A DNA stretch of 64,000 nucleotides from TPA_inf: Saccharomyces (GCA_000146045.2 BK006938.2:576001-640000), one strand, 5' to 3'. Positions 38,288-53,875 are shown, counted from the first letter of the stretch. Made by a program: numbers and translations. The notes: a model not told the origin generated them from the sequence alone.

Positions 38288-40150
38288 TCAAATTAAATAA
38301 TGTGTAAAGCACTTGCTGTTCTCATGGACAACCATCTCATTTTTTTTGTAAGAGTTAAGTTCAAGTTTGATCTCATTCATGGCACTATTCATGCTTGGAT
38401 GTACTTTCATCATCCACAACAATCTGTGGCGATTCATAATGAATTCCGGATTAGCTCTCTCATATGCATTCGATGACCAAGTGCTTGCTAAACATACTTC
38501 TTTTGCAAACCGGACATCTTTTTTTATTGGTTTTGGAGGTGTTTCGACTTTATCAAATGAGGAATCTGGCAGCGAATTCCTTCTATCTTCGAATCTGATA
38601 TACTCCCAGTCATTTCTCAACCTATTTACCATGTCGTTCCCAACATGCATTGGTAAGCTTATTGGACCTGACAGAGACTGTCGCAAATCTGTCGATATGT
38701 TGTAGAAGTATCGTGCAGATTCATTGTCATCTAATGAAGGCCTCTTGGACGATCTTGGTGGTGGTTGATTTCTCGTGTCGATTATATATTCACCGAGCTT
38801 TGAAAATTCTTCGATTATGGTCTTGTCGATCAAACCTTCATTGACATTATGCTTTTCGGTATCTCGAAAAGAAACCTTGCCATCGTCGTTGTGCGAGGTC
38901 TCGTGGAGCTTTTGTCGTATTTCTAATTGCCTTCGCCTCAAATCGTATTTATCATTTTCCTTGGACAACAGATCATCAAAAATTGAATCTGTATCCATTA
39001 GAGTTTCGTCGTCGTCAAATTCAATGCCGTCCAGATTTGCATCCATTAATTCAATATCATTCTCAGCTTCAGAATTTCCATCAGAATGCGTAACCATATC
39101 ATCGATAGGAATTCTCCTTCTTTTTGTATCCTTTTTTCCATGCTTTGTATTCGAGTTTCCTGAAGTACGCCATAATTTCTTCAAAACAGAACCCAGTTTC
39201 AACTTCGATTGTGACTTTATACATCTATATTTCTCAGTGCCCAGAATAGTCTTTTTCTTTCTATCAAATAGGCCTGAATTAGTTGTTGGCTTAGTTTTTT
39301 CCTTAGTTGATAAATCCAATTTTTCTATATGGCTACCATGTTTTTCATTTACCGTATTTTCGAAGCAATAAGATATAGTTACAGTTTTATTTTCATAACC
39401 GTCATCATCATCAGTTTGACTTTCTGGCAAGCTGGTCAGGGTATTAACAGCAGATATCGGAGAGGTTGATGAAACCGAACTTTTTATTGTTGAAGGAACT
39501 GAAGTGTTCAGCTCCAAGCTATTTACACCGTAGCCTGTATCATTGGGAGGAATATGTATGACTGATGTCCCATTATGAGGCCCCACAAAATCTTTTGATA
39601 AATTGCGACCTTTCTTCTCGCTGAATTTGAATAAAGAAGAGTCTCTTGAATTTAATTCAGGCTTTTTCAAGCTGTGGGTGCATTTTCCATCAAGTTTTGG
39701 CTTGTATATTTCGCCATTGGGAAATTGAAAGCTTCTTTTCATTTTAGAGCGCTGCAGTTGATAAGGTGTTAATTCTTTATATACTCCGAAAGTGTACTGT
39801 GGCTTCTGGTATTGGCTCACATAATCTTGATCATTATTGAACCCCTCATGGTAAGAGTTTCTTTCCCTAACTGTGAATAGCGCAGTTCTCTTTCTTTGCT
39901 GGGCGGCTGTCATTGAACAGGACCTTACTGGAAATTTTCTAGCTGCTGTCACAGACCTACAGTCTATCTCGCCACTATAAATGTGTCTCTTCTTATTCGG
40001 GTTCGAATAATTGTAATCAGCATCATTCCTAACATTGAGTTTAGAGAATGTACTAGACAAAGCAAACAAATTCGAAGTTGAGTTCGACCTAGGTATCAAT
40101 CGCTCCGGTATGGGTTGGTTTTCTTGTGCAGATAGATATGAGCCCTCCAT
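38288..40150 (-). CDS. AFR1: Pheromone-induced alpha-factor receptor regulator / septin-interacting protein, 620 aa
   Basis: 620-aa Ser-rich ORF. Matches YDR085C. Confidence 0.88.
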   Translation of the reverse strand: MEGSYLSAQENQPIPERLIPRSNSTSNLFALSSTFSKLNVRNDADYNYSNPNKKRHIYSGEIDCRSVTAARKFPVRSCSMTAAQQRKRTALFTVRERNSYHEGFNNDQDYVSQYQKPQYTFGVYKELTPYQLQRSKMKRSFQFPNGEIYKPKLDGKCTHSLKKPELNSRDSSLFKFSEKKGRNLSKDFVGPHNGTSVIHIPPNDTGYGVNSLELNTSVPSTIKSSVSSTSPISAVNTLTSLPESQTDDDDGYENKTVTISYCFENTVNEKHGSHIEKLDLSTKEKTKPTTNSGLFDRKKKTILGTEKYRCIKSQSKLKLGSVLKKLWRTSGNSNTKHGKKDTKRRRIPIDDMVTHSDGNSEAENDIELMDANLDGIEFDDDETLMDTDSIFDDLLSKENDKYDLRRRQLEIRQKLHETSHNDDGKVSFRDTEKHNVNEGLIDKTIIEEFSKLGEYIIDTRNQPPPRSSKRPSLDDNESARYFYNISTDLRQSLSGPISLPMHVGNDMVNRLRNDWEYIRFEDRRNSLPDSSFDKVETPPKPIKKDVRFAKEVCLASTWSSNAYERANPEFIMNRHRLLWMMKVHPSMNSAMNEIKLELNSYKKNEMVVHENSKCFTHYLI

Positions 40151-40927
40151 TATTATCAGCAGTTTGTGGTAACACCTAATATGGCCTATCTGGATAATGA
40201 GATAGCCCCTTCCCTTTTTCCAGTTTTCTTTTTCTTTTGTTCCTATATTATATGAAGCCGGTATATATATTTATGTAGAATAAGCTTTTAGCAGGCGTCC
40301 CATTAAAGTCGTCAAGGTAAGTCGGGCCCAATAAACTTGTTGAAAGGGTGAGAGAGAAAGTGCTAAAAGGAAGCCAAACCTTTGTGAAACCTGGGGTATG
40401 TCGAGCATATAATCAAAAATAAGACGTACTACTCAAAAAGGAAATGCATGGGAAAAAGAGGCAGCGAAAAAGGAAAAGTGAGTGCCCATCTATTTTTAGG
40501 CGCTGTTCCGTTCAGGGATCGTACTTGTTTCATATCAGTGGTAGCAACGTGGTAGCACGGAAGAATTTGACAAGGAGCTAAACGTCATATCGCCAAGGAA
40601 CGGTTTTTCGTTTCAAGGTCGTTGGAGAGCTTTTCCATGATCGGTATGGAGCTTAAATAAAGGGAAAGGAACAATGATACGTTTATGCTTATTCGGCAAA
40701 TAGAAAACATGTTTAATACAGAAAATGCAGTAATATTATATGGGAAGAATCAAGACTCTTGCCTTCCACCTCTTTAGAGTAAATTCTTATATAGGGCTGA
40801 ACATATACACACTATACCGATAGAAAGGTTATAATTTAAAGGGAAAAATGCACATAAAGAATACTACTTAATTTTGATTTTTGGTTCTGGTGCCGTTGTT
40901 TTTATTTTTTCTCGTCTTTTATCTCTT

Positions 40928-41170
40928 TTAAACAATAACGTATCTGATTGGAATATGAATCAACTTGATGGCGTAACCAATGATACCGACTGCAATAAAA
41001 CCAATACCAACAGCCTTGACAATCTTGGTGTATTCCTTCAAATCAGGTTTCTTACACTTGGCCAAGAATTGAGTACCTTCTCTGACAAATTCTACAGGTG
41101 CTTCAACCAGCTTTTCAACCTGGTTGTTGCTCTGCTTTTTCTCTTCACCTTTTTCACTAGCTCTAGCCAT
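40928..41170 (-). CDS. SSS1: Sec61 translocon gamma subunit, 80 aa, C-terminal TM
   Basis: The tracked ORF begins 40 codons upstream. The ATG at 41170 (MARASEKGEEKKQ...IGFIAVGIIGYAIKLIHIPIRYVIV) gives the 80-aa Sec61-gamma sequence of YDR086C. Confidence 0.9.
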   Translation of the reverse strand: MARASEKGEEKKQSNNQVEKLVEAPVEFVREGTQFLAKCKKPDLKEYTKIVKAVGIGFIAVGIIGYAIKLIHIPIRYVIV

Positions 41171-41469
41171 TTTATTTTTCAATGTTATACGTGATTTTAT
41201 CTTTGGTAAACTAGCGTAGTGCGGACAATGGACACGAGTTATGGACAATACACGCCAATCTGTACTATTTTCCTTGTTTAATTTAATCACTAGTATTCTT
41301 TCATTTCAAAACGAAAAAAAAATAAAAAAAATGTTGCGAGGAAAAAAAGGCGACGTGTTTCGCATTCCGCCAATATCCACAGAGGGTAATGAATTTTTCG
41401 TACTATAGATATACAACTACAATTTATATGAGCGACTTACGATTACTTACATACTACCGCCAGGAAGAA

Positions 41470-42396
<927 letters not shown>

Positions 42397-42417
42397 TTAT
42401 ATTTGACAATTTTTTTC

Positions 42418-42427
42418 AGCTCATCGC
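42418..42427 (-). promoter_or_regulatory. Exact PAC element (GCGATGAGCT on the minus strand) about 115 bp upstream of RRP1
   Basis: Plus strand reads agctcatcgc, which is the reverse complement of GCGATGAGCT. An adjacent A7-TTG tract forms a partial RRPE. Confidence 0.65.
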
Positions 42428-42496
42428 ATTTTTTTTTCTAAATTCTTTACCTCTCGTGCTCCGTGACTAGGATATTGGAAATTCAAATGATATAAC

Positions 42497-43645
42497 TTAA
42501 CCATATAAATCTTTTAAGTGGTTCCGTTGTTCCTCAGATTGCTTTGTACCATCTACTTTCCTAGCTTCCAGATCTCCAATGCTGACAATCTTGGGCTGCT
42601 TGGTTTCTTCTTGTTCCCGTTTTTTCTTCAGATATTCATATTTAGTAGGATTGGCGACTAAAACATGTTGTACTTTTTCCTTATCCTCAATTTCATCACG
42701 TATACCCATTTCCTTAGCGTGAGATCTAGCAAACTGGTTCAATTCGTTTAATTTTAGGCCTTCACCTGTCAAATGTCTGCGGAACATTTTTGATTTTTCA
42801 TCAACTGCGCCCAGTGTTTCAGTTTTGTACAATCTTGATTTAGGATCATAATTACTCTCCGTTGAATTTATGTCGTTCAAGTAAGCAGCCTTATCTTCTC
42901 TCAATCTCGTTGATGTCCTATACAACTGAGAATTATCAGCATCATCTTTCTTCAATGAACCTACGGAATCCTTGTAAAGTTCTAACTTCATTAGTTCTAT
43001 CTCTTCATCTGTATCCCATAGTGTTTCATCAGTTTGGGATTTGTCTTTTCCTTTTATTTTATTTCTTTTATCACGCTCCCACTTACTTATCAGTTCATTG
43101 TATTCTTTCCCTGAGTAACCGTACCATCTATCTTTTCTGGAGTCCCAGTCATCATCAGTAGCTCGTACTAAAACTGTGCCATTATTTTTTTGTGAATTTA
43201 AATCGGGAACAAGCTTCTGCATCTTACGAGGTTTTTCCATGCAGTCTTTCTCCTTATGCCCTGCTTCCCCACAATTCCTACAAAATGACAGCGAATGAGA
43301 ATCTCGGACGGACATCTTCTGGGGTCTGATTAGTTTGAACTCATCCTTTATACCCATACCAATTTTTGGTTCTGAATTATTGTCAATATCTAAAGCACCC
43401 CCTTTTGCTTTTTGCCTATGATGCACCAAGTAGTCGCTTTTTTCTCCTCCTTCTGCAGTGCTCGTATCATCATTGCCGGGCTTCTTCCCTTCTTGTTCTT
43501 TGGGGGTATCCTTATAGTACCATGGTTGATTTCTAATATACCTGGGGATATGAATATTTTCATTTTTTTCTTTTGCTTGTTGTAGTTGCCTTTTATTTCT
43601 GTTAATAGTGCTTCGATTTTCGTTGTTTCTGCTGTTATTATTCAT
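42497..43645 (-). CDS. SLU7: Second-step pre-mRNA splicing factor with CCHC zinc knuckle, 382 aa
   Basis: Zinc knuckle CRNCGEAGHKEKDC. Length matches YDR088C. Confidence 0.92.
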   Translation of the reverse strand: MNNNSRNNENRSTINRNKRQLQQAKEKNENIHIPRYIRNQPWYYKDTPKEQEGKKPGNDDTSTAEGGEKSDYLVHHRQKAKGGALDIDNNSEPKIGMGIKDEFKLIRPQKMSVRDSHSLSFCRNCGEAGHKEKDCMEKPRKMQKLVPDLNSQKNNGTVLVRATDDDWDSRKDRWYGYSGKEYNELISKWERDKRNKIKGKDKSQTDETLWDTDEEIELMKLELYKDSVGSLKKDDADNSQLYRTSTRLREDKAAYLNDINSTESNYDPKSRLYKTETLGAVDEKSKMFRRHLTGEGLKLNELNQFARSHAKEMGIRDEIEDKEKVQHVLVANPTKYEYLKKKREQEETKQPKIVSIGDLEARKVDGTKQSEEQRNHLKDLYG

Positions 43646-43961
43646 TATGTAATCCGATCGTTGTATTTCAGTGTAACTGGTATCTTTTTCAGAAGTGCTC
43701 GATAAATGATATACGCAGACTTGATTATTGATTTACTTGAAAGGCAAGCTATTCAATAGATAACGAAGGAGTTATCGTTATGGGTACTATTATTGTCTTT
43801 CCGCGTTCGAACTAGTCACTAGTTGTTCCAATGAAATGTACTTTAAAAAAACTCGACAACTTCTCCAATTAAATTGAAGAGTACGGCAGCTGAGGTTACC
43901 AACTCTTTTCTATATTTTAATTGTCACTAGGTATAAAAATCAAAAGTCTAGAAAAATGTAT

Positions 43962-43967
43962 AAAAAA
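43962..43967 (-). terminator. Pol III terminator T-run (T6) immediately 3' of tRNA-Arg
   Basis: aaaaaa on the plus strand at 43962..43967, i.e. TTTTTT on the tRNA strand 2 nt after the discriminator base. Confidence 0.8.
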
Positions 43968-43968
43968 T

Positions 43969-44041
43969 CTTCCCCGCCAGGACTTGAACCTGGAATCTTC
44001 TGGTTCGTAGCCAGACGCCGTGACCATTGGGCCACGAGGAA
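43969..44041 (-). tRNA. tR(ACG)D: tRNA-Arg, anticodon ACG, 73 nt, no intron
   Basis: The reverse complement reads TTCCTCGTGGCCCAATGGTCACGGCGTCTGGCTACGAACCAGAAGATTCCAGGTTCAAGTCCTGGCGGGGAAG. It has a 7-bp acceptor stem (with one G-U), A box TGGCCCAATGG, B box GGTTCAAGTCC, and the anticodon loop CTACGAA gives anticodon ACG. It matches the yeast tRNA-Arg2 sequence I recall. Confidence 0.95.
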
Positions 44042-44230
44042 CAAGATTTCTTGAAGTTATTGAAATACGGGATTTGCTGATACCAGAATTAATAAATTCA
44101 GACCGACTTCTCTTGTGGGGTGGTAATCATCATTTAAAGTGTGGTATCCTGCTTAGCCCGGACAAAGAAGTTATTTTAAAGATTTATTTGCCAATCTTCA
44201 CAACTGCCCTGTTGTATCTATATATTATTC

Positions 44231-44600
44231 TGTTGAAACAAAGTTTTAATATAGTCTACTAACTAGTATTCCCGCATTTCTCATATTCCTTTGAAAATAC
44301 CAACTATCGCTTATTTTACCAGCAGTTAATTAACTAAAACGTTCTCATGGGGATGGACACCAGTTAAAGAATCAATAGAACCTTTTTCAAATCTCCATAT
44401 GGAGCGGCCTCAATGAGTAGCAACGAGGGAAATAATTACTTGCTTCGGCTGCATTCAGTGATTAGTTAAAAAGTCGTCACCCTAAGTTTTTCTGTCGTAT
44501 TTTAGGCATTTTCATTTTGAGGAAATATCGTATACCTGGTAATTGCCTATATTTTGAGATGAAGACTGTTTCTCATTTCTTTTTGGTCATCTCCTTGCAG
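44231..44600 (+). mobile_element. Degenerate Ty1/Ty2 delta solo-LTR remnant about 190 bp 5' of the tRNA-Arg gene
   Basis: tgttgaaacaaagtttt-aatatagTCTACTAACTAGTATT compares with the delta 5' end TGTTGGAATAGAAATCAACTATCATCTACTAACTAGTATTTACG, including a 16-nt exact block. CATTTTGAGGAaatatcgtatacc compares with the delta CCATTTTGAGGATTCCTATATCC about 250 nt further on, at the correct spacing. The 3' boundary is approximate and the element is strongly diverged. Confidence 0.5.
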
Positions 44601-45879
44601 AGCATTTGATAATATAGTAGTAATAATGAATTGTAGTCGATAAATGTTAGTTGATTCTCATTCCTATCGTATCGATAAGGAAACCTGAGAAATACCAAGG
44701 TTCAACGATAATGGCAAACATGCTTCATTAATCGGTATTCTTGATCAAATACTTCCTTGCCTGCCATACGGCATCCCTTAATCGCAAAATAGTAATATTC
44801 TTTCCAACTATATAACCGTTATTTTAACACACATTTCTCAAGAGACCCCTTTCTAGAAATGGCATGGAGTGGCAAGTATCTTCAAGCTATTTTTTAGTTG
44901 TTCATGTACTCCATAGAGTGACGGTTCTTGCAATTTCAACTAGTTTCAAGATAGTCATAAAAATTTGCAACCGAGCCCATTACTATATATATATATATAC
45001 AAAAAATTTTAACATTAAACCTTGAGCTCGGGTTTTATCTCATACCAAGTATTATCAACCTTTGGCCGGTGTGTTCCTAATATGGTATCGATTTTCAAGT
45101 ATACCGTGTAACATTTGGTTTTTGAATTATCCAGGGGTATTGCAAGGAATATCGTGGATCCTGCCATATGAAGGCGTGGATCTTAATTTATTCACCTTTA
45201 CTGATCGTACCAAACGAAGTAAGCGTAGAAAGCTAACCAATTTCCTCTTGTTACAGAGAGAAAACTTTTCTTGTACAGTAAACTGAATATGCTACGTCGT
45301 AGACTTACAATGACGCCGCACTTAGGGATAGTAGTTACCTTGCTCACTTTACTGTCGTGATCATTACACCCGTACGTAATCGATGATCATTGCAGGAGAG
45401 GGGCACTTTGGTCTGACATCACTTTTTTTACCTAATCAAATAGATTGGCTTTTATTTGACAGATAAGGTTTATGATCTCTTTTTTCGAATGGAAAGTTCC
45501 ATGCAGGCACCCTTTATCTCATTGTATTTAAACTACATATAGAATGGATGGAAACGTGGCAAGTCATATCAGGACGCTTTGAAGACTGATAATTAAAAAC
45601 ATTAAACAAGTTTCCAGATATCAGGAAGCGACCAAGCCAATATTCAGAACTTTCGTTTCGAAAAACACAGTAATATATTATTCTCAAAAATTACCACACT
45701 TTTTTTAGGCAAGGCTGCAAAATAATACCAGAAAAGCAGAGGCGGTTCTTAACTTCTGTGTAAATTCAGTGCAGGAGGACGGGTGTTGTGTTATTAACTT
45801 GCAAGGAAAAGAAAGTTTGTGTCTCCCCTTGTTCTACGCTAGCGAAATGGGTGTGTGGAAGAGTCAAAACTGAACCAAG

Positions 45880-45898
45880 AAAAAAAAAAAAAAAAAAA
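45880..45898 (+). repeat. A19 homopolymer about 215 bp upstream of VTC5
   Basis: Read directly. Confidence 0.9.
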
Positions 45899-46081
45899 CA
45901 AAACAGATAAAAAGATAAACAAAGGCAAGATCAAAAAGCCCTATCGTGAACGCTATCAAAGGACTTTTAAAATTCATAAATTAATAGTTCGTCCGTTGCC
46001 CTCTTGAATATAATAGAGATAGAGTTTAATACTTGCTTTTTACCTTTGCTTTTTTTTTGTATATCTCCATCTCAGCCCTAG

Positions 46082-48721
<2,640 letters not shown>

Positions 48722-49065
48722 TTATTTTGGACGATAAAAGTTTTTCATGTGTACAGTCTATATAAAATATGCATATCATGTGGTTACATAAGAAGAATGT
48801 TAATCTTGTTTGGAGATTTTGTTTTTGGAAACTTCGCCATTGCGAAGGGTGTTGCAAACTGAATTTCTGTTTAAGTTTTTAATTAATAATCCTTATTTTG
48901 ATCTTTTCTGATGGCCGTGTTTGAACGCATAGTATTGTGAATATAAGCGAAGTGAAAACCTTTACACCTGCGGCAGATGCCATATTACTGCGCTAGTGGT
49001 GAATATTATTAAGCGTGCTATCAAAAAGAGATGAAAACGTGCTAACTAAAAAGGACTCAGATTCG

Positions 49066-49998
49066 TTACACACTTAGCCTCGAATAACGATCAGGATCTG
49101 TTCTAACCACAACTCCATGGACAGCATGCAATGTTTGGGCTCTTGATAACGTCCCCCCATCAGTACTATCGTATATATTAAAATCGTCTGCAAAGCTCGA
49201 AGCATCGTCGGGGATTGAACAGTTATCCAGGTTATAGTTAGTAACATTTCGGTCACTCTTGCTAATATCTTGTTCGATTTTTTCATCGGGTTCTTCCTTT
49301 TGAGCTTGGCCACTTTCTTCGTCAAAAGTATTGCCTTTAGCTAGGAATCTAAACCTACACCACCATATGAAATGAGACGCGAAAATTCCTAACTCCATTC
49401 CAGCAACTATTGAGTATAATATAATACCCATAATATCCATATTACCTAGGATAACACTGATGATAGATAGCCAAGCACCTAATGAATCGATGAATAAGAA
49501 GGCAAAGTTGATGCCAATAACACGACCTTTCCTTTTGGCTAGTTCAAAGTAAGGTGGAAGCAGTCCGACAGCTAACAAAACAGATGCAGAAATACCAAAA
49601 ATCAGATCGGGCCATTTAACACCCTTCTCGTAAAGGGGCCTCAGCCATAATATAAAGCCAACTTCCATGCCAACATCAGCCGCAATAATAGCAGCTACAA
49701 TCATTACTATTTTGGATCTCGCCATACTGATTGGTGGATAATAACACGATTGGACGAAACTTATAGAACAGAAGAACATAAAAAGGTGTGGTTGAACTTG
49801 TAAAATGACATTACCTTTACTAACACAGAAATATATGGCAAATGGAATTCCGGAAACAACCCAGAGGAACATCATCAGTGGTGGCAGCCCCGTACAGTCC
49901 TTTTTTTTCCAATTATATATTATTTGCGGAATTAGCTGGACACACCAGCAAACTGTTGCTATAGTAGCTAAAGCGGTAGCAGCCTTTTCAGAGATCAT
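49066..49998 (-). CDS. ILT1: PQ-loop-repeat 7-TM membrane protein, 310 aa (YDR090C)
   Basis: 310-aa multi-TM ORF with PQ-loop-like segments. Position matches YDR090C. The symbol ILT1 is from memory and less certain than the call. Confidence 0.8.
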   Translation of the reverse strand: MISEKAATALATIATVCWCVQLIPQIIYNWKKKDCTGLPPLMMFLWVVSGIPFAIYFCVSKGNVILQVQPHLFMFFCSISFVQSCYYPPISMARSKIVMIVAAIIAADVGMEVGFILWLRPLYEKGVKWPDLIFGISASVLLAVGLLPPYFELAKRKGRVIGINFAFLFIDSLGAWLSIISVILGNMDIMGIILYSIVAGMELGIFASHFIWWCRFRFLAKGNTFDEESGQAQKEEPDEKIEQDISKSDRNVTNYNLDNCSIPDDASSFADDFNIYDSTDGGTLSRAQTLHAVHGVVVRTDPDRYSRLSV

Positions 49999-50707
49999 GA
50001 ATACCTTATTCTTAAATCTATGTTATGTTATAGTATTCCACAGTTTATATTTCAGCGGTTAATTTGAAAATAGAGATCAGCGGAAAGTAGAAGGCACCAG
50101 AAGGAAAGCATTATTTATATGAGTTTCGTTTGGTACGAGAAGTGTGATACAGAGGTAATCTACCTATCTAGTCATTGAAAAATGCTATCAAGAAACGGCG
50201 TTCTCATATTACCCGAAGCACCTTATCTGGCGCTCACACCGCGGAAATAATTGGGTGATATTTTAGACAAACGGACTTTAATGTCATGCTAAGATAAACG
50301 TTCAGTAATGCAGCAAATGCTTATCATGACGACTCGTTTACAAGGTAAATTCGATTACGAAGAAGGTGCGGACAAAATAACGATTAATTAAAATACAATA
50401 GGTATATAAAATAAATAGAGAATAAATATAGTGTAGTTGCTTTACAGAAAAATGAAATAAACTGGAGTACGGATCACCGAAGAGGAGGTTGTTCACTTTC
50501 AGGTTATGATGTAATGAAGGTGGGAAGTTAGAAATGTATTAGTTGGCGTATATCTAGAAATAAACAACCCGATGCTTGGGAAGGAACTCAATGTAATATA
50601 ATACTCATTTTGTTTTGCAAAAACATTATAACTCTTAATTATTTCTCCACATTTCTAAACCCAAAAATAAAACAATCGTCCTCTTGGTTCTCCGAATCCC
50701 AAGATGC

Positions 50708-52534
50708 TTAAATACCGGTGTTATCCAAGAAAAAGTAGTTTCCTGATGATTTTTGTTCTTTATCCATTTGGGAATCTAGCTTATTAATTCTTGGTCTGAA
50801 GGAGTTTGGATCCCTTCTGAAGGTGACATTCAAATTCTTCAAAAATCTGTTACAACCAGTCAACAAAGATTCAGGGGCTCTTGCGTGAGCATTCTTGGAA
50901 GGAATACCTTCAAAAACAATGACCTTATCAGCAAGATAAGTAGCCATGATGAAATCGTGCTCGACAATAAACGCAGTTTTCTTATTATGTAAGATGAATC
51001 TTCTGATAACTTTAGAACAGATAATACGTTGTTCGGAATCTAAGTAGGCAGATGGCTCATCAATCAAGTATATGTCTGCTGGGATACCCAATGCCAAGAC
51101 GATGGCGACTCTTTGTAATTCACCACCAGACAAATGTTGGACTTCTTGATCAATAATATCGTCAATCCTTAAAGGTTTAACGACATCAGTCTGAAACTGT
51201 GGATTTAGGAATTGTCCTCTAATTTTCTTGAAAAACAATTGTCTGACAGTACCTGGGAACTTTGGTGCAATTTTTTGTGGTTTCATAGAAACATTCAATT
51301 TTGGAATATCTTGTCCTTCATCTGGCTTCAAAGCACCAGCTAGTAATTTGATCAAAGTGGTCTTACCGGTACCGTTTTCACCCATCATAACAAGGATTTC
51401 GGAATCGGAGAATTCACCTTCTTCAACATTCAAAACAAAATCACCTTGAGTTTTCTTCAAACTTGGGTAAGAGAAGGCGCGACTAGCAGAGTCATTCTGC
51501 AAGTCTTCGGTAGCATCAGCTATTCTAAATTGTAAAGCTTCAGTTCTGAATCTCAGGTTTTCAGCAGGAATATGACCGTCCAAGAATATGTTGATACCTT
51601 CTCTGACAGAGGCTGGTAATGTAACAACACCGTAAACAGATGGAACACCATATATGATACAAACGAAATCGGAAAGATAATCCAAAACTGACAAATCGTG
51701 CTCAACACAAATAACGTATTTAGTTGGAGCTAGTAAAGATCTAATAATTTGAGCGGCATTCAAACGTTGCTTAACATCCAAATAAGATGAAGGTTCATCG
51801 AACATATAAACATCAGCCTCTTGAACACATGACATACCAATGGCAAATCTTTGCAGTTCACCACCAGATAACTTTTCAATATCTCTTTTCAAAACGTTTT
51901 CCAACTGTAAAATTTTGATGTAGCGTTTCACATCTTCAGGACTTTTTTCCATTCTCAATTTCAAAAGTTCGCCAACTTTTTGAACCGGACCTTTAATAGC
52001 ACGAGGAATGTTATCAACATATTGAGGTTTGATTATAGCCTTGATATCATCTTCCAGCATCTTGGTGAAGTAATTTTGTAATTCAGAACCACGGAAATAT
52101 TTAATAATTTCCTGCCATTCAGGAGGATCATCAAAACGACCTAAATTAGGTTTTTGTTTACCGGCTAAGATTTTCAAGGCGGTAGACTTACCAATACCGT
52201 TGGTACCGACTAAACCAAGGACTTGACCCGGTCTTGGTGTTGGCAATCTGTGCAGTTTGAAACTATTGGCAGAGTAACGGTGAGTTACATGGGCTTCTAA
52301 ATTAGTTGGCAAATTGATAATTTGAATAGCATCAAATGGACATTTCTTAACGCAAATACCACAACCAATACACAAGATTTCGGAAATGAATGCGATTTTT
52401 GAAGTTGGAGTGACTTCAATACATAATTTACCAGTTTTCACAACGGGACACGAACGTTTACACTCTTGACGACACTTTTTTGGTTTACATTTATCAGCGC
52501 TAACGATAGCGATACGACTGTTTTTATCACTCAT
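50708..52534 (-). CDS. RLI1: ABCE1 Fe-S ABC ATPase for ribosome recycling and biogenesis, 608 aa
   Basis: N-terminal 4Fe-4S ferredoxin motif [12 protein letters not shown]. Two Walker A motifs ([18 protein letters not shown]) and two ABC signatures (LSGGELQR). Confidence 0.95.
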   Translation of the reverse strand: MSDKNSRIAIVSADKCKPKKCRQECKRSCPVVKTGKLCIEVTPTSKIAFISEILCIGCGICVKKCPFDAIQIINLPTNLEAHVTHRYSANSFKLHRLPTPRPGQVLGLVGTNGIGKSTALKILAGKQKPNLGRFDDPPEWQEIIKYFRGSELQNYFTKMLEDDIKAIIKPQYVDNIPRAIKGPVQKVGELLKLRMEKSPEDVKRYIKILQLENVLKRDIEKLSGGELQRFAIGMSCVQEADVYMFDEPSSYLDVKQRLNAAQIIRSLLAPTKYVICVEHDLSVLDYLSDFVCIIYGVPSVYGVVTLPASVREGINIFLDGHIPAENLRFRTEALQFRIADATEDLQNDSASRAFSYPSLKKTQGDFVLNVEEGEFSDSEILVMMGENGTGKTTLIKLLAGALKPDEGQDIPKLNVSMKPQKIAPKFPGTVRQLFFKKIRGQFLNPQFQTDVVKPLRIDDIIDQEVQHLSGGELQRVAIVLALGIPADIYLIDEPSAYLDSEQRIICSKVIRRFILHNKKTAFIVEHDFIMATYLADKVIVFEGIPSKNAHARAPESLLTGCNRFLKNLNVTFRRDPNSFRPRINKLDSQMDKEQKSSGNYFFLDNTGI

Positions 52535-52686
52535 TATGGTCTGTCGTGTTTTCTTAAGAACTTTTGCAGAAGGCTAGGTGGAATTCGCGCTGAAACAGAT
52601 CACAATGAAGATCTAAGAATACAGAAACAATAAAGGTTAATGCCCAGTTTTACATTTTTTTTTTTTCACTTTCACTTTGCTAGCGA

Positions 52687-52720
52687 GCGATGCGATTGAG
52701 AAAAAAAATAGAAAATTTTT
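52687..52720. promoter_or_regulatory. PAC-like (GCGATGCGAT, one mismatch) plus RRPE-like (AAAATTTTT) elements about 150-185 bp upstream of RLI1
   Basis: gcgatgcgattgag at 52687..52700 and aaaattttt at 52712..52720. RLI1 belongs to the Ribi regulon. The PAC-like box is a single-mismatch variant, so this is weaker than the RRP8 and RRP1 sites. Confidence 0.45.
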
Positions 52721-53875
52721 TCAGTTGCAAAACTACCCGGCTAGAAATCTGGTTCGATGCACACGAGTAACAAGAGATTGTTTTTCTATCCATGGTATTT
52801 GCTTATGAACAGGTGACTGAAGCAGCGTATAGTCATGTTCAGTCTTTACTATGTGAAGGGTAGGATGCTAATGACCGGCTCTTTCTTATCCTCCGCGGTG
52901 TTTTAAACGATGCTCCTTTCAAGTACGCTATTCCGTACTATTTTTTACTGTGATAATTTGATCATCAACAACGACGAAAATGACACGTCGGCGGCTAATT
53001 TGATATTTCTTTATTTGTGTATTTCCGTTGCAGATACGAGGGCGTTTTACATGACATCAAACTATTAGGAAAATCCTTTTCCAATTCAGTTTGTAGTAAA
53101 CCATGATAGGCCACAAGACATTTTTTTTCAACTGGGGAGAAATTTAACAAGGACGTCTTTTTTTATTTAGACGATAAAAAACCAAGAAACAAAACTAGTA
53201 AAGGTTCTTGGAAGCATTTATCTGGATGCAAAATAATCGTTATTCTTGGGCATGCTGACAATGCTGAAAAAGTTATCCAAACAAAGTAGTCAAATATTCA
53301 AGATCACTATTAGATCGCTAAACATTAATTTCTCATTTTGCGACGATACTTTTTTTACAGAATATAAATTCATGTTAATTTTGAGATATTTAAGCGTTTC
53401 ATCTCTTTTTTTCTGGGCTAAAAAAGCTTTTCGATGTCTAGAAATACTACCAACAAATACTTGAATGCAGAACAAGAAGGAAAAAAGCTTGATACTAGTC
53501 AAGCTTAATGATTAGATTCTGCGGGAGCCGCGGGAACAGAAAATACTAACGTTTTAAATATCATTTAAAAAATTACCAAAGTACAATAAGCAGTTTTTTC
53601 TTTGCCTTCTCTACATGTGAACAAATATAATGGGCATCTAACAGGAATTTGTTTTCCTTTAAACCATCAAAGAGAATAGTTCAGTTAATTATGCCGCATC
53701 CGTATTGTTACCCGAAATTATGGTGTTTTTAAAACAAAGGATAAGTGATTCATTGAAAGATGGCGCGCCACCACGAACCAAAACACCTCTATAGAGAATA
53801 GTACTTTACACTCTTCTGTTCTTTTTTTTTCCAATATTAGCAAATAAGGTCAGGTTCATTGTAACATAGTTAGAA

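Noticed and set aside
44200-44217. TGTTGTATCT, identical to the first 10 nt of the Ty3 sigma LTR, upstream of the tRNA
   Set aside because: Only 10 nt match. It is about 170 bp from the tRNA start rather than the 16-19 bp characteristic of sigma, and no further sigma similarity follows.
44020-44262. 80-aa ORF overlapping the 5' end of tRNA-Arg and the delta remnant
   Set aside because: It overlaps a Pol III gene and degenerate LTR sequence and has no coding signal.
52892-52898. PDRE-like TCCGCGGT in the RLI1/UBC13 intergenic region
   Set aside because: It is a 7/8 match only, and neither flanking gene is a known Pdr1/3 target. Kept only as a note inside the intergenic-region finding.
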